The notes below the pieces were generated by a model. The model was not told where the DNA came from. It saw nothing but the letters and a program-made list of their open reading frames with translations, and did no database searches. Of a DNA stretch of 64,000 nucleotides, positions 31,354 to 44,105 are shown in pieces (within the stretch, counting starts at the first letter, position 1; each line of letters begins with the position of its first letter). This stretch comes from Tubulanus polymorphus (lineage: Eukaryota > Animalia > Nemertea), in contig NC_134029.1 of NCBI RefSeq assembly GCF_964204645.1, positions 22,686,950-22,750,949 of the forward strand. Reading direction: 5' to 3'. The translations under genes and the position numbers were made by a program.

Positions 31354-32959
31354 GGTGCCAAATGCTTCTTGTTTGCTAGCTTTCCTTGCTTGCTTGAGTG
31401 CCTATTCTGTCTTCGAAAAGAAAGGCTCAAATAAATTTTTTCCCTTACCAATCTTATCCGTAAACAAACATTTACATGTTAACGCCATTAAAATACTTTG
31501 GAGAAAAACAGATACTATCATTTTAAGACTGAAAACAAGAAACGAAATTCTTAATATGGACTTTCCTAGATTTACATGATGATGTACCGTTTAATCCAGT
31601 ATCAAAATTAAAGAAAGAAATTTGGGTTTTTCAAATTATGAGTGGTAAGCGCAATGAAGTTGTTGGCAGAATTTCCAGAGGATCCACGCTGCAAGTAATC
31701 TAAAAAGCCTAATAATATGTCTCCACTCAATTGAATAAGAATTTTTATGAATTAAAATCTGTCTATTGACGGGGTTTTTGACCCCAGTATCCTTTGGTAG
31801 GCCTACTATGTATAAAAAATAACCCAGACTGAAACATCCATGCTGGGCTAACCAGGATACAAGGGATACTTTTGCAGCGAGAGATACAAAAACAAAGAAA
31901 CTCCATCGACAATCTCCTTGCCTTGAAGTCTGCTGAGGAAACCACCAATTAAGCATTCAAAACGCTAAGAAAGCCTGGGTATAGACAAATTCGAGAAGTC
32001 AGCATGCAAACCCAGATGAAATTTGGTCAACCTTCCGAACAATGACTAAACAACAGTCTAAGACGAAAGACCGCAGTCATCAAAAATCTTCTTAATAATG
32101 AACAACCAGGGCTCATAAACATAGGGCTGACCGGGGACGTTAGTACGGGACGTTTGTGTTACGAACGTGAATTGACTGAATTGAACTGGCGTATAGTAAA
32201 TTCCCTGAGATACCCACCCACGATCAATCGACTGTGACCATGTGAAATCTTTACAATCGCGTCAATGTATTACGGCATAGGCTACTGAATGAAACAATGT
32301 GATTCATACCTTCCACAGCCAAATCCCCACCCACGATCATTCGACTGTGACCAGTGAACTCTTAGCACAATCGCGTCAATGTATTACGGCATAGGCTACT
32401 GAATGAAACATAATGTGATTCATACCTTACACAGCCAAATCTCCAATAGTTTACAACAAATTGCAAACCAACCTCCTTTGGAATATATCTTTCAGGGTCG
32501 GTTTTGGTTTTTTAATGAGAAATATTGTAACAGGCATACTTTCGATATTATTGAAACTAATGTTCAAAACATGTTTTTCTTTTAAATCAGATGTATTTGC
32601 CTTTATCCATCGCTTCCTCAACGGATTTCTTCCCAAGATTCTGATAAAATGGCCACCTGTCCTTGATGTAGACTTCAGGTGCTCATTTTTATGGGACTGA
32701 TTGAGTTTGATGAATCTTGACGTGAACAAATCTACGCAGTGTGATTTGAACTTCTAGACATTCCCTGAGATGCTATACTCTCTCATTCGACCACACTGTA
32801 TTAAGTCTAGCAATTGAAATTCGGATTTGCATAGATCTGACCTCGTGGTGTAATTAGCTTCAAGCCCAAGCTACTTCAGGCATGTGATATCCTGCACTTT
32901 TGATATTTTCCTTCTCGATTTTGTTTATGTTGCGTCAAGGCTTTTGTAGTTGGATAATG

Positions 32960-32991
32960 CATGGACGTATAAACTAGTTTATACGTCCATG
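32960..32991. mobile_element. 32-bp perfect-palindrome micro-element with a 7-bp TSD (P-superfamily-like)
   Basis: GATAATG|CATGGACGTATAAACTAGTTTATACGTCCATG|GATAATG. Confidence 0.75.
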
Positions 32992-35900
32992 GATAATGTA
33001 AGCCTAGTGGTCAGGCCTACGATCCTAATTACTTTTTCCATTACGGTACGGTAACGCAATTAACCAGGCCCTGAGAGGATAACCTAATCCTTTCTAACAT
33101 TTATTACCCGAAGATTGTTTCGCTGCTATCTTTCAGTGGGCCAACGAGTTGTTGTTTGTGAAATCTGAATTTGAACATAATTTGTATTTTGAATTTTCAA
33201 ACTATTAACTTTGACGTGGAGAATAAATAGAACAATCTACTGTTCGGATAATAATCATTTAATTATCTAGCTCTACCCCTGAAAATGGATCCAATATGAT
33301 CTATAGTCTTGGGATGGATATCACAAGACACGAACGACGTAAACTAAACAAGATAAGTAAACGGTAGGCCTCATGTACAAATACGGGTAGAGTATATTAA
33401 TCGATTAGTTTATGTATTCGCCACAGTATTTAGGGGCAGCACTAGACGATTGAGATTTGACAGAGCTGTGGCGTGCGAGCACGAAATTTATCCGCGATCC
33501 TTTTATCCTACCCTCACAATTAGATATTAGTCAATAATCCTAGGTCTTAAATCTAATTTGTATTTAAAATAAACATTAAAACATCGATTAAAACGGGTTT
33601 TCAACTGACGTGGACTGAAAATCAATTCCGTTCAATAAAATATCTACATTTATGTTTGCATTTGATAATGTAAAATGCGGAATTTCTCCACAATATCGTT
33701 CAATCGAGTACTAGTCTTTGACACGATCAGATGGCGTTCTCTCGAGCTCTTCAGCTTTTGCTGTGTTTCCTGGCGATCTTGTGGCGCGGTGTTTTTCGGA
33801 GTGGTGGCGTGGCGCCGGTAGCGGTGGATGGAGTTATGTGTGCGGTGGATGGAGTTATGTGTGCAGTGAATGGAGTTGTGTGCGCGGTGTGTGCAAGAGG
33901 AATGAATGGAGTTTATATGTGTCGTATGAATGTGTGGTATATTTTATATCTTATTTTTTTCATTATTTTTCTATATTATTTTTGTTTTTTCATTTTTTTT
34001 TCTTTCATTTCATTCGCCCCCGCCCTCTCAATCTCAGGGTTTCAACTGGCAGCGGCAGAGTCGGAGTTCTCTAACGTGGCCTCGCACCAGCTAGTGGCGG
34101 AGTGCTGGTGATGCAGATGTTACTACGGGGGACCTACAATCAGAATAAGATGGGGGCGGTAGCAATCTTCGACTGAGGGGGCTGTTGGATCTTTAGGTCC
34201 CCAGTTTGGTCCATTCTAGTCTGAATCTGCTGGTTCATTGCCTAAGGCTACCCATTGGCATCTTGCTGATGGGCTCCCCGTTCACCCAGTTTTTCCTCTG
34301 TCATCTGGGTGTCGGTTGTCTTAGGTGGTGTGCTCAATTCTCAATTGGGTCCCCAGTTAGGTCCATTCTGGTCTGAATCGGCTGGTTTCTTCGCCTAAGG
34401 CTACCCATTGGCATCTTGCTGATTGGGCTCCCCGTTCACCCAGTTTTTCTCTCTCATCTGGGTGCCGGTTGTCTTTTGGTGTTGATGCTTGAAGATCGGA
34501 TATCCCCCGAAGTTGAAGTTGTTTGTCGCTTCCCGTCTTACTCTGATTGCGGGTCCTCCGTAGTAACACCAGTGTCATCGGCACCCCGCCACTAGCTGGG
34601 ACGAGGCCACGTTAGAGAACACCGACTCTGCCGCTGCCAGTTGGAACCCTGAGAACCGGACTTTGCTGTTATCAGCCAGAAGTTCTGTGCTGACTTCTTT
34701 CTCTCGGGTTAGATCGAATATGATGTAAAGCCGTTAAAACTATGTATTACCAGCGTCTATATGGTTGTACTTCAATTTAAGCCGTAAAACTGTGTAAATT
34801 TTATTTTTCATCCAAGGTTCTTTCCCCTTCCATCAAAATCTTTCCCAATTTTTCTTGTCGCAGCGGATGATATCGTCTATATTGTTTTCGTGAACTCTGT
34901 AATCTCGAGCATCTTTTGTGTACTTCAAATACATCGTAAACTCTGTATCTTCGATTTCTGATTCAGACACCTCATCCTGGCCTTTCATCTTTTTCATCAT
35001 CCACTAACAAAGTTAGATATAGTTGCAAATTTTGTCTTGTTAATTAATGATTATGTACTATTTAATTTCAGCTCATTTTAAGCAAACTTGGGGAATAGTG
35101 GTATATCAGGGGTTGATTTTTACTAATTCCAAAATACCGGTGTTTGATTCTCAGAAAAAAAATCCTGGCATTAGGAGGGGCTAGTGGTTATTTGGTGGTC
35201 ATTTCTTACTAGCCTTAAGGCAAAAAAATACGGACATTCTGTTCTCAAAAAACACTTATTGTGTGGGGAAGAGGTACATGGTTTGGCTGTATATGTACCT
35301 AACCCAGACACGAACGGAGCTGGCATAAATCTGTGGCACGATAATAGTTAATACTATTAACGATAGGGATGGTTATGAGATAATTAAAGTTTTCTCAAAC
35401 CACAGTGGTCAGGCTCTGTCTGACAAACATTTTGACTTAATATATAATATGCTCTCTTCATCTTGTCATTTCGCTAGCCAGAAGTCAAACTCCGATGATG
35501 AGAAGTCTGGTGATACCAACATCCATAATCCGACTCTGGGACTCAGTCCGATGGCACCATTGGACGTTCCAAGAACATCATTACCTAGTCAAAACGCGGG
35601 ACAAAAAACTTGGAGGATGAGTAAGGATATAACTAAGGTGAATTACTCGTTAAGGTATTACTTAGATATCTACAATTAAGGTAAATTCAATGATGTGAAA
35701 TTATTTTTCATTCAAGTACATAGACATCAAAAAATGTAGCTGATACAATGTGTATCTGAGCACATTACTTATTTATCTGTATCTAAGTGAACCTATTGTG
35801 TCTTCATACAGCTGTATTAGTTTTGATACATATTGCCAAAATCATTTAATGCAGATTTACTTCTGATGGAAGGGAGATAAAACAAATCTGTGCGTGCACA

Positions 35901-36199
35901 AATACATTCCTGAATTTGTGAGGGGGAATATTTCAATTTCACTGTGTATGTCAGATTGAGAGCCTTATTCTGACAGGATATCCTGAACTTAGGTCTTATT
36001 CCTCTCGCTAATAGCTCTCTTTTACTAACCCCTCTCCTTCAAACTATATTCCAGCATCATGTCTTGCACCGCACCAGGGAGGTCCGGTCATAACAAGGTC
36101 TTTTGATCCTTATACACAGTGTACTGTAAAAGGGAAATAAAGATTATATTGCAATTCGGGTAAGGGAATTTCTAATTTACCACTAAAAATGATTTTATC

Positions 36200-36700
36200 T
36201 TAAGTTCTGATCAATTCAAATAGTGATGAATTCACCACATCTGAAATTCTACTCGTGTAGGTTTTCAGGCTCCATATAAATGTTGTTCGACTGACAATTA
36301 ATTGTGGCTAGTATGATTACTAATTAATGGATCGCTTAGATATCAGAAAATTAGTTAGAATTAATTCAATATAACGAATTTAAATTTATTAAAAATAGCG
36401 CAGTGGATGAGACGACTGTATCGTGCAATGTTGTCTGCGTCTAACTGGGCCACATGTGTGTCGGATCTGTTGAATCAGTTAGGTTTTGGGGAATTCTGGG
36501 TTCGTTAAGCTAGTTATATTATCATAATCATAAGATCATTGTATATATTTTACCAGCAATATTTAAAATTACTGAAATGGATTAGAATACCATTCACTGG
36601 GCACAGATGTCTGTGGGAAGAATACATATCTCTTAAAAGTTTATTAATTGGCGACGAAGTTAATTTAATAATACGAACATAGTTTAGCTGGGAATCGAAA
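36200..36700 (+). pseudogene. Decayed 3' fragment of a non-LTR retrotransposon ORF2 (L2/CR1-group-like C-terminus)
   Basis: Broken frames give HLKFY, MDRLDIRKLVRI, LYRAMLSASNWATCVSDLLNQLGFGEFW and IGDEVNLII, the order expected downstream of a LINE reverse transcriptase domain. Confidence 0.6.
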
Positions 36701-37179
36701 TGTATATAGGGGCATTATTACTAGCAGGTTTGCACTATATGATTCTATTAATCAACTAGTCATAAAATTTACAAAATGATCTTCAACCTTGTAATATAGA
36801 TATTCCAAATCTCGATGTATCAAAATAGGCAGTCCCCAATCAGACGCTTGCCAGTTCAGACTGGTTGGAAGATTAATTGAAGGCACCGGAACCGAATTTC
36901 CCGTTATGTGCTTGGATTTCAAGAAAAGAAAATTTATGTAAAATGAACCCCCGATCACGCAACTATATCTGTACTTCGATTTCCGATTTTGAAAAAACTT
37001 TACACGGAGAAAGCAAAAGTAAAAAGTAAAACTTAGACAAAATTATCTTAACCTTGTAAACTTTCGGACTATTTACATGAAAAGAAAAGCAAAGAAATGT
37101 AAAATTAGACAAAATTCAAACATTGTAAACTTTTGGACTATTTACACAGAAAAAACAACAAAAGATATGTAAAATTAGA

Positions 37180-40100
37180 CTACCAACTTAGGAGACCCTC
37201 GCCGATAATGAACCCGGCAATCATAAAAGGTAACTTAATATAGTTGAAATTATTGCGATAAATTCTAAATGAAATACTTTGTCATTACAGGATATCTTCT
37301 TTTAATCATTGCAGCTAAATTTCAACTATGAGAAAAACCCAGTTTGAGATCAACTACTCGTCCAAAATCGACCAACTGGAACAGCGCTCAGCCAACTAGA
37401 ATCAACCAATCAACTAAGATGATCCACGCCGATAACGAATCCAGCAATCATAAAAGGTAACTTAATATAGATGGAGTTATTTCGATTCATTCTCAATGAA
37501 ATGTTTTGTGATTACATGATATCTTTGTTTACTCTTCAGCTGAATCCTATCTTCATCAAACTGCCCAGCTTGAGATCAACAACAAATCATGAATCTACCG
37601 ATAAGAACAGCCCACAACAATTCAAGCTTAAATCAAATGCATCAATGAACTTAGAACATTTTAACTGATACGGAACCCAGCAAACTTGAAATGTAAGTTG
37701 ATATTTTATGGAAATGATAATGATGAATTCTAAATGAAATAATTTGTCATTACAGGCTATCTTCTTTTAATCATAGCAGCTAAATTGCAACTATAAGAAA
37801 AAACCCAGCTTGAGATCAACCACTCTTCCAAAATCGACCAGCTGGAACAGCGCCATTTGCCAAATTTTTGTAGTCTCTCCTACTGTAAACAGAGGGCGCA
37901 TGGGTCTGCTGGCATAGCCACTGACTAGAGACAGCCACTGTTGTCACTGTTGATACAGTACGATGTGACCTGGCTACAAAGTCAAACGAGCGCTTGAGGT
38001 CAACAACTCATCTAAAATCTACCGATTAGAGAACAGCGCACAGAAGGGGCCAATTTGAATTGATCTCAACATCAACCAACCAACTTAGGAGATCCTCGCC
38101 GATAGCGAACAAAGCAATAATAAAAGGTAAGTTGATATACATGAAATTATCTTATATAATGATACTGAATTGTTGTACCGACTGCTCCATCGTTACTGGA
38201 TGTATTGCCCTGAAAATTTGCCCGGCGGTAGATCTCGACGTCTTTTATCGCTTGGACATGGTTTCCATTCAAAATTATTCATTTTCCAAATTTTTGTAGT
38301 CCTTCCTACTGTTCACAGAGGGTGCATGGGTCAGCTGGCATAGCCACTGACTAGAGACAGCCACTGTTGTCACTGTTGATACAGTACGAGCTACTGCTGC
38401 CTTTGTGACCCGGCTGCCGGGTCACGAAATTCATACATTATGAAATGATCATATCGGTACTTAACATATTTGTTTCTATCTATAGTTCTGTAACCTTGGG
38501 CCTCCATGGGCAGAAGGTCAAGTGAGTCCTGAGATCCCGTATGGTCTCTATATGGGCACAGCTGATCACACCACATAAATTAGGCAACTTTGAAATACCC
38601 AAATACTCAATTAACATGCAACGAAATAATAAGACGGAAGTTCTTCGTTTAGAAATCACCCGTGGTTTCCACTTGCTTTCCACTAGTTACGATTAATTCT
38701 GAATGAAATATTTGTATTTACAGGATATCTTTGTTAACTCTTTCAGCTTTATCCTATCTATGTGAACCAGCCGCGCTTAAGATCAACAACTCGTTTGAAA
38801 TCTGCCGATTAGAGAACAGCGCACAGAAGAGGCATTTAATTACCAAAATCTATGCAACGGTCCACATTGCTGATCTTATATATATCCGGCCGTCATTAGT
38901 CAGTGATGAACTAATGCTACTACTACTACAAATAATTAGGCAGTTGGGGTTCGAAACTAATGTCCGAACACACCGAGTATCCAAGCCAATACCGAACAAA
39001 GCAATCGTTAAAGGTAAGTTGATATACATGAAATTATTACGATTAATTCTGAATGAAATATTTGTATTTACAGAATATCTTTGTTAACTCTTTTAGCTTT
39101 ATCCTATCTATGTAACCAGCCGCGCTTTAGATCAACAACTCGTTTGAAATCTGCCAATAAGATAACAGCGGAAAGAAGAGGCATTTATTTACCAAAATCT
39201 ATGCACCGGTCCACATTGCTGATCTGATATATATCCGGCCGTCATTAGTCTTAAACAGTGATGAACTAATGCTACTACTACAACAAATAATTAGGCAGTT
39301 GGGGTTTCGAAATTAATGTCCTAACACACCGAGTATCCAAGCCAATACCGAACCTAGCAATCGTTAAAGGTAAGTTGATATACATGAAATTATTACGATT
39401 AATTCTGAATGAAATATTTGTATTTACAGGATATCTTTGTTTACTCGTTTCAGCTAAATAATATCTATATGAAACTGCCGCGCTTGAGGTCAACAACTCG
39501 TTTAAAATCTGCCGATTAGAGAACAGACTTAGACAATCCTAGCCGACACTAAACCCAGTTATCACAAATCACATCTATAAGAAAAAGCCCATACTAAGAT
39601 CAACTAACCATCTAGAATCTACTGATTAAAACAGTCGACAGAAGAATGCAACTTGAACTTAGAACCAACTTAGAACTCAACCAACCTAGAACTCCTAGCC
39701 GACACTAAACCCAGTTATCTTGAAAGGTAAATTGATTTACATGGAATTTATTATGATTAAAGCTATATGAAGAATTTTGTATATTGTAAGATATTGTATA
39801 ATTACAGGATATCTTCTTTTATTCATTTCAGCTAAATCACATCTATAAGAAAATGCCTAAGATTAACTAGTCAAAAATCTACTGATTCGAATAGCCAACA
39901 GAATACTCCAACTTGAATTGAAATCATCGACTACCACTGAACGAATTTAACTCATGAACCAACTTAGACGATCCTAGCTGATACTTAACGCAGCAATCTT
40001 GAAAGGTAAGTTGATTCACATGGAATCTATTATCATTAATGCTATATGAAATATTGTGTGATTACAGGATATCTCCTTTTGTGCATTTCAGCTATATCAC

Positions 40101-40440
40101 ATCTATAAGAAAAAGCCCATACTAAGATCAACTAACCATCTCGAATCTACTGATTAGAACAGACAACAGAAGAATGCACCTTGAATTTTACTAATTAACT
40201 AACTTAGAACTCCTAGCCTACACTAAATCCAGTTATCTTGAAAGGTAAGTTGATTTACATGGAATTTATTATGATTAATGCTATATGAAAAATGTGTATA
40301 TTGTAAGATATTGTATAATTACAGGATATCTTCTTAAAACTGCCAACAGAAGATTCTAACTTGAATTGAAATCATCAACTACCACAGAAGAGTCCAACTT
40401 GAATTCAACTGCGTAGGCCTAGAAGTCCAGATGAGAAATT
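37180..40440 (+). repeat. Diverged tandem array of ~230-360-bp exon+intron-like units
   Basis: About 9 repeats of ..AAAG|GTAAGTTGAT..GAAATA..TTACAGGATATCT..CAG|CTAAAT..AGATCAAC.., with donors near 37230, 37457, 37693, 38127, 39014, 39370, 39726, 40006 and 40245. Confidence 0.8.
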
Positions 40441-40482
40441 CAGCCAGCAGCGGTTAATCGCCCAATGACGGCTTTCTTCTAC

Positions 40483-40662
40483 AGGTGGAGCAGAGACAAT
40501 GCGTGTGTTATATATAAACAATTAATCAGGAGCAGCAGAGACAATGTATATATATTGTGAACATTTATTCAGGAGCAGCACAGACAACGCGTATCTTATA
40601 AACACTTATTCAGGAGCAGCACAGACAATGCGTACCTTATAAACACTTGTTCAGGAGCAGCA
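40483..40662 (+). repeat. ~41-43-bp minisatellite
   Basis: 4-5 units of CAGGAGCAGCACAGACAATGCGT..TATAAACACTTATT. Confidence 0.85.
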
Positions 40663-43600
40663 ACGTCAGTAGAATATGTAAAGTATTGATTTATTTTGTG
40701 TATTACCTTTTTACAAACCAGTCTGATGTGTAACATGGGTTTCAAAATGCGTCTTAAAATGCACTGTCTATTTGAAGAGGTGGAAATAAAGAAATAGTTT
40801 TAATGTTGATTAACGAAAATTGAAGTTAGATAATTAGGGCTCTTGGCCTGAGAAGGAACTATTCATATTTGAATATTTCAATAAAATGGCATCCTAATTC
40901 TTTCATATTGATTAGGCAAACTGTTTTCGATTTGTAAACAGATGTGTCATGTCCTTTGTAATGTGACAGAAAGTTCCTTCTTGGAGTCTCATGAAATCTA
41001 CGCTCCATTAATTGATGGTATTGATCGCATTCAGCGTCACGGTTCTACTTAGGTCCGTTGAAATACACCTAAACTGAGATATGATATCAACAGGATAGTT
41101 CAGATAATCTTCATACTTAAACATAGCTTTGCATGATTTGTAATAATGACATAGTTTGGTCTCTTAGAAACAGTCATTCATTTTATATTCCCTGAGAGTG
41201 AAAATGATTTGCATAGCCTGAATGTTCAAAAGGGAGAGGGTAGTCAGTTAAACGGTTGAAACTTTTAAACACAATAAAGGAAGTTGATACCTGATTAGTT
41301 AAACTCGCCCAGCAAGTTTATGGGCTTTGAATAAACATGTTTTGAAAATGATTCCTTGGCCAAAAAGTGGGCCTTCAGTATAGACTGGCTACGCCCTTGA
41401 ATATCATCACGTAGTTAAGAAAAATATAGACTATAATGTTTGGCAGTGTTCTGTGTACAAATACTAAGTTTATATACCAAAGTGTTGATGTATTTGTTGA
41501 TGCCATAATTTTTTTCCAATGCCCATAAAAGCGATTTGACTAATGAGTAGAACATCTCGATATGGAAGGTATATGAAAACTTGTATCTTAGTACATTGTA
41601 TCCACAGAGGTATAAGAGAGGTATAGCTAGGAATAATGTGATATAAAGGAATAAATGATAATGGCCAGCAATAATTTTGATCGTTTTAATTCTGTTTATA
41701 GCTGTTTAAACTTCTTTCATCGTCATCCATATCATAAGGTTGAGTTGCTTTCAATGATCGCTTAACTCCAAATCGGGGTTTTTAATGATAAACGATTATC
41801 TAGGAGCAGCAGTGAATTTGTAGCACTTTTTAAAAGTGAGCCCATATTTCCACCGGTAAGAAATTCCTGATGATGTAAATAGTAAAAAATAGTACAAAAT
41901 ACAAAATACAAAATACATAGAACATAATTAAGGAAGTAAATAAATAAAAAAAACAATGAATAAAAAAAAACAATGAATAAAAAATACATAACAAAATAAA
42001 TATTTAAAAAAAAACAAATAAAATCATAAGTAATAAAAAAATAAACAAAAACGAACAAACAATTAGTTTACTTCTATAATTATAATCATCATCAGGAATT
42101 TTTTTAAAATAACTTAATCTAATCATTAAAGGTTCTTCTTCACATGGAACAACCTTCTCTAGAGTTTCCCAAACTCTTATGATCATTTCTGTTGTTGTTT
42201 TAAGCATTCTATCGGACAGTTAGTAATAAACAAAACAAATAACCATAAACCTTAACTAAACCAAACACACTAAAAAAATAACTGATTTGATAGAATGCTT
42301 CAAATAACTGATGAAAGATCACCCGCCCTTTTACCTATAGCACACCCTGTCACTGCTGTTACTGTTGATTGTTTTAGGGATAATATCTGGGAGATTTTAC
42401 ATTTTACTCTTTTTTAGAAAGAATGTTAAACAGCTTTAAACGTGATTAGTTATCGATAGTTAAATTATTGTCATGTTTTCAAATAACTTTGTATTAAATG
42501 TATTAAATGAGCGAACTGATAATGTTTGAAAATCATAAGTTAAGACGAGGGGCAGCGGAAGCGGGACTTTGTAGGTTTTGTCTCTTGTTTAAATGCTTTT
42601 GTGTCTAACTGTTATTAAAATACAGTCCATTTGTTAACAAGGAACTTACATGATAATTCCTCGAGTACGTAAATACCTGTCATTTAGCAAGGTTTTGTCA
42701 TGAGAATAAAACGACACATGTGTTCATTATTCATCTTAAAATTTTTCGACTGTTTAGTTAGGTTTATAGCAACTATCAAACTGAGGTCCTATCGAATATA
42801 GAGGAGCATTCTTTTCTATAAATGAGGAAATATGAACAGTGTTGATTAGTAAATTGTCCTAGCTATGTTTTGATAGCTATATTGTCAGTTTTACAATATA
42901 TGGGGCCTGATTCAAATCTGCGCATGATGCATTTCCGATCTCGAAAAAGTTATCGAATTCAGCTTAATTGTAGATATCTCAGTGATCTGTTATTTATAAT
43001 TTACCTAGATATATGGATAGATGAAATATCTAAACGATGATACTCAATATATCGTAATTAAAAAACCTTCAAAATACTTTGCATTAAACATAAAAATGTT
43101 GAGAAAATAACATTGATTATGTTTGAAAACCTCAGGCAAGGTTGGCAAAACTCTAGCTATCTTACTTAAAACTCTAGTTATCTTGTAAAATAATGTTAAT
43201 GGACATGAAAAAATTAAGATTGATTAGTTAATCTCAAGCTTTCCAGTTTGAATCTGTAGGTATTATTAGTTTTAATGCTTTTATGTTGAACTGTTTTTCG
43301 AATACAGTTTACTCATGTGTTAACGAGTAACTTACAATTCCTAAAATACCAAGCAAAGTTTGCGAAATTTCGGTTTTCTTTTAAGAATAATGTTTAATGA
43401 AATGAAATTAGAGATTGATTATTTGAGAGAGCGAATTTGTGGATTTATGTAGTTTTAATGTTTATATGTTGGAGATACGTTATGTAGTTCTTTGATGATT
43501 GATGATACATAAACAGAGTATCCTAAATATCTCTTACATTGTCATTTGAAGAGTTGATATGGTAAAATGCTTCATATTTCATGAAATAGCCAAATGTCAC

Positions 43601-44105
43601 TTATGCCTGGTGACTTCATGAATTGTCAAATTAATAGTCTTAGACATTCAGACTGGTCCCAATTGTCGGTGTTTTATGGATCAAAATTCACAATTCTTTG
43701 TGTTATTTTATTATTATCCTATTGATTCAAATTTTCTGAATCAGTTGTAGTCGAAATGTTTTTGGTGAATAAAAACCTTGAAAAACCTTGCAGTAGCAAT
43801 TGTGATGTTAAAGGCTAGAACGGTAATCTTATTTTTTGGATAGCTCATTATAAGGCTAAAAATGATACCTCGGCCAGCTGTCATTTTGTAAATAACAATG
43901 ATATTTGTAATCAGTTAATCTCTATAACTGCCGAATCTGTTATGGTTAGCTTGATCATGATTTTAAAGTAATACCTATAAGGTAGATAGGCGGCTGGCCG
44001 GGTCAACTTTTAAGAGCAAAAATGTAAATCAGATTGGTTCAACATTAAATCTTACGCTTTCCAGGGTAATTGGCCAGGTTTACCTCTGGTTTTAGTGCGG
44101 GGAGC

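Noticed and set aside
31380-31860. Functional gene at the element's left end (100-aa ORF 31277-31579)
   Set aside because: The ORF runs through the TIR and heptamer repeat. The underlying sequence has weak LINE C-terminal-like remnants (EILN.YGL, KICLLTG) with stops, too degraded to call.
33718-34111. 118-aa and 126-aa plus-strand ORFs with apparent transmembrane segments
   Set aside because: Produced by a 21-bp tandem repeat and a T-rich low-complexity tract.
40483-40662. CRISPR-like repeat/spacer pattern (CAGGAGCAGCA every ~42 bp)
   Set aside because: The intervening sequences are homologous to each other, the context is eukaryotic and there are no cas genes: a minisatellite.
41762-42058. 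98-aa Phe/Tyr-rich hydrophobic ORF
   Set aside because: Translation of an A-rich low-complexity tract, probably intronic in the decayed cargo.
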